Assembly (NCBI GenBank): GCA_033764315.1
Contig: JANRJA010000237.1
Location: 1 to 37,618 of the forward strand
DNA: 37,618 bases
DNA from: Oculatellaceae cyanobacterium bins.114
GTDB taxonomy: Bacteria > Cyanobacteriota > Cyanobacteriia > Elainellales > Elainellaceae
Reading direction: 5' to 3'
The notes beneath the pieces are model-generated. The model was not told the DNA's origin. It saw nothing but the letters and a program-made list of their open reading frames with translations, and did no database searches. The position numbers and the translations under genes were made by a program. This document shows positions 31,712 to 37,618 of the stretch, piece after piece; the first letter of the stretch is position 1, and the number at the start of each line of letters is the position of its first letter.

Positions 31712-31900
31712 TGGTAGAAACGCGATTGGGAGTTTGATTGGGGCATTGGTAGAAACGTAATTGGGGAGTTAATTGGGGCATTGGTAGAAACGCGATTGGG
31801 GGGTTGATTGGGGCATTGGTATTGGTAGAAACGCGATTAATCGCGTTTCTACAACGTTTCTACCAATATTTCTGCCAATGCCTCTAATTTCCCCTAATTG
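31712..31900. repeat. 35-bp tandem repeat (3 copies) built from a REP half-site, followed by the full palindrome
   Basis: Unit tggtagaaacgcgattgggagtttgattggggcat; then gtagaaacgcgattaatcgcgtttctac; then a degenerate inverted copy. Confidence 0.85.
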
Positions 31901-31972
31901 CTCTACTCCTTGCCCATCTGTCAAACTAGAACATGGTGGTATTTTTAATGTGGTGTGGTCAGGAGACATGAA

Positions 31973-32461
31973 GTGATGATGGTCGGGATTGCCTTTTTCG
32001 TTGGTGCTTTTATATTTGCCAGTTTTGTGGAGTATTGGATCCATCGTTTGATGCATGCGTCGCCCAAAGTCGGTGAGCGTCATCGCGATCACCATCGCCG
32101 TAACGAAGGACAAGGGGTAGTGTGGGAATTTCGCGACTATGTCAAGGGCAGTGCGATCGCCATGTTTATCCCATTTTTGTTTTCAGTTGAAGCGGGGATT
32201 GGTTGGCTCAGCGGTGCATTGGTGTTTGCTGCTTTTTCTGCCTATGCTCACCAACTTCAACACGAGAACCCGATCAAGTGTTTTTGGATGAAGATGCCCG
32301 TTCACTACGTCCACCATCGCTATGGCATGTGGCATCACAATTTTGGTTTAGCGGTCGATTGGTGGGATCACGTCTTTCGCACCTACAAGCTAGTGGAATG
32401 GCGGGCTGAAGCGGAACAAAAGATTCCCCCTCGTGGTTATTTAGAACTCCGTTGGTGGTAG
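31973..32461 (+). CDS. Sterol desaturase/fatty-acid hydroxylase family protein
   Basis: His boxes EYWIHRLMH, HRDHH, HQLQH, HYVHH and NFG; AGGAG at 31961. Confidence 0.88.
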   Translation: MMMVGIAFFVGAFIFASFVEYWIHRLMHASPKVGERHRDHHRRNEGQGVVWEFRDYVKGSAIAMFIPFLFSVEAGIGWLSGALVFAAFSAYAHQLQHENPIKCFWMKMPVHYVHHRYGMWHHNFGLAVDWWDHVFRTYKLVEWRAEAEQKIPPRGYLELRWW

Positions 32462-32479
32462 AGCACTAAATCAGAATTA

Positions 32480-32512
32480 AGTTCCCCGGAAGTTTGAAGC
32501 TTCCGGGGAACT
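32480..32512. terminator. 13-bp stem hairpin between convergent genes
   Basis: agttccccggaag/cttccggggaact. Confidence 0.75.
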
Positions 32513-32517
32513 AGGCT

Positions 32518-33378
32518 TTAAACCAACGAAAGTCGGGGTGTAGTCCCGGCTCCGACAGGGATCGATCGCCCAACGGCAGCTGCGATCGCCCGCAAACTCC
32601 GCACTAAACTCACCATTTCGTCGAGAGAGAGAGCCTGACGCGCATCAGACACCGACTTTTCCGGTTCGGGGTGACACTCCACCATGACTCCATCAGCACC
32701 ACAGGCGATCGCGGCTCTTGCCAAATCAGCTACCAGTTCTCGCTTGCCAGCAGCATGACTAGGATCAACAATGACAGGCAGATGAGTGATTTGCTTCAGT
32801 GCGACTACGGCTCCCAAATCCAACACGTTGCGAGTGTAGGTGTCGAAACTGCGAATGCCCCGTTCACAGAGAATCACGTTGGGGTTACCGTGGCTAAGAA
32901 TGTATTCCGCTGCCATAACAAACTCTTCAACTGTGGCAGCGAGTCCGCGCTTGAGCACGATGGGCTTATTCACCTGACCCAGTGCTTTTAACAGGTCAAA
33001 GTTTTGCATGTTGCGGCTACCGACCTGCAATACATCAGCATGAGTCACGATTTCATCAATTTGGGAAATTGCCATTACCTCAGTGATGACAGGCATATCA
33101 TATTGCTTGCGAATCGAGCTGAGAATTTGTAATCCCTCTAACCCCATGCCTTGAAAGTCATAGGGAGAGGTGCGGGGTTTATAGACTCCCCCTCGTAATG
33201 CTTGAACTGGAGCATGAGTCAATTGACTGGCAACGGCTTCCATTTGAGCTTGGCTCTCAACAGAGCAAGGTCCGCCCACAATTAAGAGGTTTTCGCCTCC
33301 CACTGTCACCTGATCAGACAGACGAATCACGGTTGTTTGAACGGAATCAGTTTTGAGAGCGAGTTTAGCCTTTTGCAC
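32518..33378 (-). CDS. aroF: DAHP synthase, type I-beta (short form)
   Basis: [37 protein letters not shown] and DPSH motifs; GTG start with AAGGAG RBS. Confidence 0.96.
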   Translation of the reverse strand: MQKAKLALKTDSVQTTVIRLSDQVTVGGENLLIVGGPCSVESQAQMEAVASQLTHAPVQALRGGVYKPRTSPYDFQGMGLEGLQILSSIRKQYDMPVITEVMAISQIDEIVTHADVLQVGSRNMQNFDLLKALGQVNKPIVLKRGLAATVEEFVMAAEYILSHGNPNVILCERGIRSFDTYTRNVLDLGAVVALKQITHLPVIVDPSHAAGKRELVADLARAAIACGADGVMVECHPEPEKSVSDARQALSLDEMVSLVRSLRAIAAAVGRSIPVGAGTTPRLSLV

Positions 33379-33449
33379 AAGAATCTCCTTATGAAATTGA
33401 GTTGTAGACGGTGTACGAGGAAAACGAAATAGGCAAGAGGTGAGGCATT

Positions 33450-33480
33450 AAAAAACCCGGTTCCTTTTAGGTTCCGGGTT
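33450..33480 (-). terminator. Attenuator terminator 2 (proximal)
   Basis: AACCCGG-aacctaaaaggaa-CCGGGTTTTTT on the minus strand. Confidence 0.85.
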
Positions 33481-33503
33481 CTCTACGAGAATGCATGACT
33501 AAG

Positions 33504-33575
33504 TCACCCGGAGTGGTTCCTGGTCCAAAAAAAGTAAAAGCTAAAGCTGAACTGGAATTGGGTGAGCATGGTCAT
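33504..33575 (-). CDS. Aromatic-rich leader peptide 2, MTMLTQFQFSFSFYFFWTRNHSG
   Basis: Translated by hand; 6 Phe, 1 Tyr and 1 Trp within 11 codons; followed by terminator 2. Confidence 0.8.
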   Translation of the reverse strand: MTMLTQFQFSFSFYFFWTRNHSG

Positions 33576-33610
33576 ATCCTGAAAGTTACGTCTTGAAAAC
33601 GAAGCTACAT

Positions 33611-33642
33611 AAAACAAAAACCGCAGAGTTTGTTCTGCGGTT
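33611..33642 (-). terminator. Attenuator terminator 1 (distal)
   Basis: AACCGCAGA-acaaac-TCTGCGGTTTTTGTTTT on the minus strand. Confidence 0.85.
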
Positions 33643-33669
33643 CACCTGAGGTTCCATGACAATCTGGAC

Positions 33670-33726
33670 TCACCCCTGGTGAACCTGTCTAAACCAAAAA
33701 TAAAAATAGGACGTGGAGCAACGCAT
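33670..33726 (-). CDS. Aromatic-rich leader peptide 1, MRCSTSYFYFWFRQVHQG
   Basis: Translated by hand; six consecutive aromatic codons YFYFWF; followed by terminator 1. Confidence 0.8.
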   Translation of the reverse strand: MRCSTSYFYFWFRQVHQG

Positions 33727-33775
33727 AAATCTTGCGACAAGCTTCGCGGTTTTTGTGATGACTAACTTGTTAACA

Positions 33776-33805
33776 ACCGTATCAAGGATAGCAAAGGAAC
33801 GTCAA
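33776..33805 (-). promoter_or_regulatory. Candidate sigma70 promoter of the aroF leader
   Basis: TTGACG-N18-TACGGT with an extended TG. Confidence 0.5.
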
Positions 33806-33942
33806 GTACCCAAGTGGGGGAGATGGGGTAAAGAGACCCGATTCATCCTGTCTGTCCCTGACTCCTCACCTGTCCTCACTCTGTGCTATGGTGGCTATGC
33901 GTTATCTTCATGTGATTGAAGGGATGTTGAGGAACCAAAATC

Positions 33943-34968
33943 ATGATTGAAGTCGAGCACCTCAGCAAAGTTTACGGTTCTACCGCTGCCATTGAGGATG
34001 TTAATTTCTCAGTGGAAAAAGGTGAAATTATGGGCTTTTTAGGCCCTAATGGAGCCGGAAAAACAACCACTATGCGCATCTTAACGGGTTATTTACCTGC
34101 CACTCAGGGCACTGCCCGAATTGCTGGATTTGATGTGCATGAAAATTCGATGGCGGTGCGACAGCGCATCGGCTATCTGCCAGAGACACCTCCTCTGTAT
34201 CCAGAAATGACCGTCGAGGGCTTTTTATATTTTGTGTCTCGCATCAAAGGAGTTGCCGCGGGCGATCGCACCAACCGAGTGCAATCGGCGTTATCACGCT
34301 GTAACTTGCTTGAAAAGCGGCATGTGCTGATTCGCAAGCTATCTAAAGGATTTCGCCAACGAGTGGGCATTGCTCAGGCGATCGTGCATGATCCCCCTGC
34401 GATTATTTTGGATGAACCCACTGTAGGGCTTGATCCCCGTCAAATTATTGATGTTCGCAACCTGATCAAAAGCTTGGCAGGCGATCACACCATTATTCTC
34501 TCGACCCATATTTTGCCGGAGGTCAGCATGACCTGCAACCGGGTAGCTATCATTAACCGGGGTCAGGTTGTAGCCACCAATACCCCAGATCAGTTGGTGG
34601 CTCAATTGGCAGGAGGGTTGCGCTATGAGCTAGAGGTCGAGGGTGAGTTTGATGCTGTGCAAGACCGATTGCACAATTTGTCTGGCATGCAATCTCTAAA
34701 AACAACTCCAGTCGCTGAAAATCACGACTTCCCTAACCGTCACAAAATTATGTTGGAGTTGTCACCTGGAGTTGATCCCGGTCGAGAGATTGCGGCGATC
34801 GTCGTCGGGGCAGGACTGGGCTTATATGAGATGCGCCGCACCCAGGTCAGCTTAGAAGATGTCTTTTTGCAATTGACAACCGAAGAAAAAGTGGAAACTG
34901 AGGCGATCGCGCCTTCAGAATTGACACTTGACGAAGATCAACCAGACTCCAATGGAGAGGCAGCATAG
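33943..34968 (+). CDS. ABC transporter ATP-binding protein (ABC-2/GldA-like)
   Basis: GPNGAGKTT, LSKGFRQR, ILDEPT and STH motifs. Confidence 0.95.
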   Translation: MIEVEHLSKVYGSTAAIEDVNFSVEKGEIMGFLGPNGAGKTTTMRILTGYLPATQGTARIAGFDVHENSMAVRQRIGYLPETPPLYPEMTVEGFLYFVSRIKGVAAGDRTNRVQSALSRCNLLEKRHVLIRKLSKGFRQRVGIAQAIVHDPPAIILDEPTVGLDPRQIIDVRNLIKSLAGDHTIILSTHILPEVSMTCNRVAIINRGQVVATNTPDQLVAQLAGGLRYELEVEGEFDAVQDRLHNLSGMQSLKTTPVAENHDFPNRHKIMLELSPGVDPGREIAAIVVGAGLGLYEMRRTQVSLEDVFLQLTTEEKVETEAIAPSELTLDEDQPDSNGEAA

Positions 34969-35769
34969 ATGAAAGTCATTCTGGGAAACATCCTGGCAAT
35001 TTATCGCAAAGAACTACAAAGCTATTTTGCTTCACCCTTTGCCTATGTCATTGCAGGGGTGTTTTGGCTCTTGAGTGGCTTCTTTTTTGTTGCCATTTTA
35101 TTAGGGCCAGATGGCGTCATTGCCCAAGTTGCTACCCGTGATCAATTAGGTGTGACCGATCCTCCAATCGATGTGCCCTATCAGTTTTTAAGTGTTTATC
35201 TGGGAGTCATTGGCTCATTTTCATTGTTCTTGTTACCGATGCTGTCGATGGGGTTGTATTCCGAAGAACGTAAGCGCGGCACCCTGGAACTCCTCGCCAC
35301 ATCACCCGTTACTAATTGGGTTGTGGCCGTGGGCAAGTTATTGGGAGTGCTCACCTTCTTCGCCACGATGGTGATTCCCTTAATGGTCTATGAGACGATT
35401 GCGCTGACAGCCTCTGATCCTCCCATTCAAATGACGGTGATGTTATTAGGGCATGCTGGCTTGATTTTGATGGCAGCCGCTGTCTTATCGCTGGGAATGT
35501 TTTTATCGTCTTTGACAGATAGCACCATCTTGGCGGCGATCTTAACCTTTGGATTAATGCTGTTTTTGTGGATCGTCGATGTCGTTTCCAATGCCATCAG
35601 CGGCCCCATTGGTGAAGCACTCGCTCACCTCTCGTTACTCAAGCACTACACCAACCTGGTACAAGGTGTTCTAGACACAGGCAGCGTCGCATTGCTCTTG
35701 AGCTATGTTGTTTTAGGGTTATTTCTCACAGCCCAATCCGTTGAAGCCCTGCGTTATCAGCGATCATAG
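34969..35769 (+). CDS. ABC-2 transporter permease (GldF-like)
   Basis: KELQSYFASP, EERKRGTLELLATSP; about six TM segments. Confidence 0.92.
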   Translation: MKVILGNILAIYRKELQSYFASPFAYVIAGVFWLLSGFFFVAILLGPDGVIAQVATRDQLGVTDPPIDVPYQFLSVYLGVIGSFSLFLLPMLSMGLYSEERKRGTLELLATSPVTNWVVAVGKLLGVLTFFATMVIPLMVYETIALTASDPPIQMTVMLLGHAGLILMAAAVLSLGMFLSSLTDSTILAAILTFGLMLFLWIVDVVSNAISGPIGEALAHLSLLKHYTNLVQGVLDTGSVALLLSYVVLGLFLTAQSVEALRYQRS

Positions 35770-35958
35770 GGCAGGTTTAAGCAAGATACAGCAGACAAAA
35801 CACCCTGACAGAATTCATACATCTGATCAGCAATCCAAAAAATACTGCCTAGACATCCTTCTAGACAGATGAAATTTAACCAGAGTTGGCTATTGTTCAA
35901 GTAGCGAAGCTTTGTATTGCCTACTTGCAAATCGCTGATCCACACAAATGAGGTCATC

Positions 35959-36747
35959 ATGTTGGAGTTATATCAATTTGAACTGTCACACTATTGCGAA
36001 AAGGTGCGGTTTATTTTGGATTACAAGGAACTGCCCTATCGCAAGATTGAAGTCACCCCCGGCATTGGCCAGTTAGATATATATCGCATGTCAGGACAGC
36101 GGCAAGTGCCTGTGTTGAAAGACGGCACTGAGGTGATTGCTGACTCAACAGCGATCGCCGAATATTTAGACAAGACTTATCCAGATAAGCCGGTTATTCC
36201 AGCCGATCCCAAGCTACGAGGGTTAACCCTGATTATTGAGCAGTGGGCAGATGAGTCGATTGGGCTAAGTGCACGTCAGTGTTTGTTGAGTGCGATCGGT
36301 CGTAACGCTGACCTCCGCACATCAGTTTTGCCGAGCAGTACACCTGATTTTGTCAAAAATCTAATAGGAGCCTTTCCTAGCGACCTCTTAAATGGTTTAG
36401 GAATTGGGCTTCCTGACCCTACCAAAGCTGCTCAAGATGTAATGAAACATGACCTTGCTGCGTTGTGCTTCATTCTAGAGCAACAACCCTATCTGGTCAC
36501 TGATCATCCCACCCTGGCAGATTTTGCAGTGGCCGCCTTGACAATGTATGTCAAGTTTCCTGAAGGCCCCTATTTAGACTTGCCATCTGGCTTAAAGGGT
36601 AAAGGCACTCCTGGCATCGCTGATGTCGGCGTGTTTGAGCCATTCTTTAGCTGGCGCGATCGCCTCTATACCGATTACCGCAAAGCCTCAACCCTGCCAA
36701 CATCGACAACATCGGGCTCTGGCCCCACCTCGATCGACATTGATTAA
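35959..36747 (+). CDS. Glutathione S-transferase family protein
   Basis: MLELYQFELSHYCEKVR, QVPVL, DSTAIAEYL and TLADF motifs; start moved to 35959. Confidence 0.92.
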   Translation: MLELYQFELSHYCEKVRFILDYKELPYRKIEVTPGIGQLDIYRMSGQRQVPVLKDGTEVIADSTAIAEYLDKTYPDKPVIPADPKLRGLTLIIEQWADESIGLSARQCLLSAIGRNADLRTSVLPSSTPDFVKNLIGAFPSDLLNGLGIGLPDPTKAAQDVMKHDLAALCFILEQQPYLVTDHPTLADFAVAALTMYVKFPEGPYLDLPSGLKGKGTPGIADVGVFEPFFSWRDRLYTDYRKASTLPTSTTSGSGPTSIDID

Positions 36748-36871
36748 GCCAGTCAAGCTCAAGGCTGAACCGCTAGATCCCCGGCTTCTAATGTGACTAT
36801 TGAAACAAAGGTAAACGCTTTAAGGAGAAACCGAAGATCTGTCTTTTGATCCTTTATCCTTTGTCCTTTCC

Positions 36872-37618
36872 TCAAGGAAGCCACGGATATTGCCGAAAGT
36901 CGGGTTTGCGTTTTTCTAAGAAGGCTTGTTTGCCTTCGGCTCCCTCTTCAGTCATGTAATAGAGCAGTGTGGCGTTGCCTGCGAGTTCTTGCAATCCGGC
37001 TTGACCATCACAATCAGCATTAAACGCCGACTTAAGACAGCGAATGGCGATCGGGCTTTTGTCTAAAATCTCGGTCGCCCATTGAATGCCCTCGGCTTCG
37101 AGTTGGTCAATCGGCACAACGCAGTTGACTAACCCCATCTCTAATGCTTGTTGAGCATCATATTGGCGACAGAGATACCAGATCTCTCTCGCCTTTTTTT
37201 GTCCCACAATGCGAGCAAGATAGCTAGCCCCAAAGCCTCCATCAAAACTGCCCACTTTGGGGCCCGTTTGCCCAAAGATGGCGTTATCAGCGGCGATCGT
37301 CAAATCACAAACAATGTGCAACACATGTCCACCCCCGATCGCATACCCAGCGACGAGTGCAATCACCACCTTGGGCATCGAGCGAATCAATCGCTGTAAA
37401 TCCAATACATTGAGCCGAGGTACCCCACTTTCATCCACATAGCCTGCTTGACCGCGAACGCTCTGATCACCTCCGGCACAAAAGGCATATTTGCCATCGG
37501 TATGAGGCCCTGCACCCGTTAACAAGACTACGCCAATGCGAGTGTCTTCTCTGGCATTTGTGAATGCATCGTAGAGTTCAACAATGGTTTTGGGGCGAAA
37601 GGCATTGCGCTTGTGAGG
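36872..37618 (-). CDS. menB: 1,4-dihydroxy-2-naphthoyl-CoA synthase, 5'-partial
   Basis: Frame open from the window edge ([11 protein letters not shown]); FCAGGDQ, YAIGGG and VGSFDGGFG motifs. Confidence 0.97.
   Translation of the reverse strand, partial: PHKRNAFRPKTIVELYDAFTNAREDTRIGVVLLTGAGPHTDGKYAFCAGGDQSVRGQAGYVDESGVPRLNVLDLQRLIRSMPKVVIALVAGYAIGGGHVLHIVCDLTIAADNAIFGQTGPKVGSFDGGFGASYLARIVGQKKAREIWYLCRQYDAQQALEMGLVNCVVPIDQLEAEGIQWATEILDKSPIAIRCLKSAFNADCDGQAGLQELAGNATLLYYMTEEGAEGKQAFLEKRKPDFRQYPWLP

Noticed and set aside
31712..31852. Second mini CRISPR array
   Set aside because: The units are contiguous and near-identical with no unique spacers.
33713..33919. 68-aa plus-strand ORF
   Set aside because: It spans the divergent promoter region, overlaps leader 1 antisense, and has no recognisable motifs.
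36775..36870. Imperfect inverted repeat and tccttt heptamer runs between GST and menB
   Set aside because: Typical cyanobacterial intergenic REP/STRR-like sequence; nothing specific can be supported.

Overview
Cyanobacterial chromosomal DNA, judged from the dense HIP1 octamer GCGATCGC and the gene content. Left part (1-12240): a type I-B/I-MYXAN-like CRISPR-Cas locus (cas3, cas8 with a probable internal cas11, cas7/devR, cas5/devS, two Uma2 genes, cas4-cas1 fusion, cas2, and a 24-repeat/23-spacer array). cas3 appears 5'-truncated by an IS4-family element, and the region ends at a 3' fragment of tRNA-Thr(UGU), probably an island att site. A solitary degenerate CRISPR repeat lies between cas5 and the Uma2 genes, and the sequence just before it matches 17 nt inside cas8. 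Middle: a cobalamin riboswitch with cbtB and a His-rich membrane protein, decayed DMT genes, a copper module (cupredoxin, P1B-ATPase, CopZ, DUF305) with MerR-type promoters, and two hybrid histidine kinases. Right: housekeeping genes (eno, gloA, aroF, ABC transporter, GST, partial menB) and several MITE/REP elements. The most striking unannotated signal is upstream of aroF: two tandem Phe/Tyr/Trp-rich leader peptides, each with its own antiterminator/terminator pair, i.e. a candidate double translation-coupled attenuator. All calls were made by eye from the sequence and ORF track; no database searches or folding programs were run.
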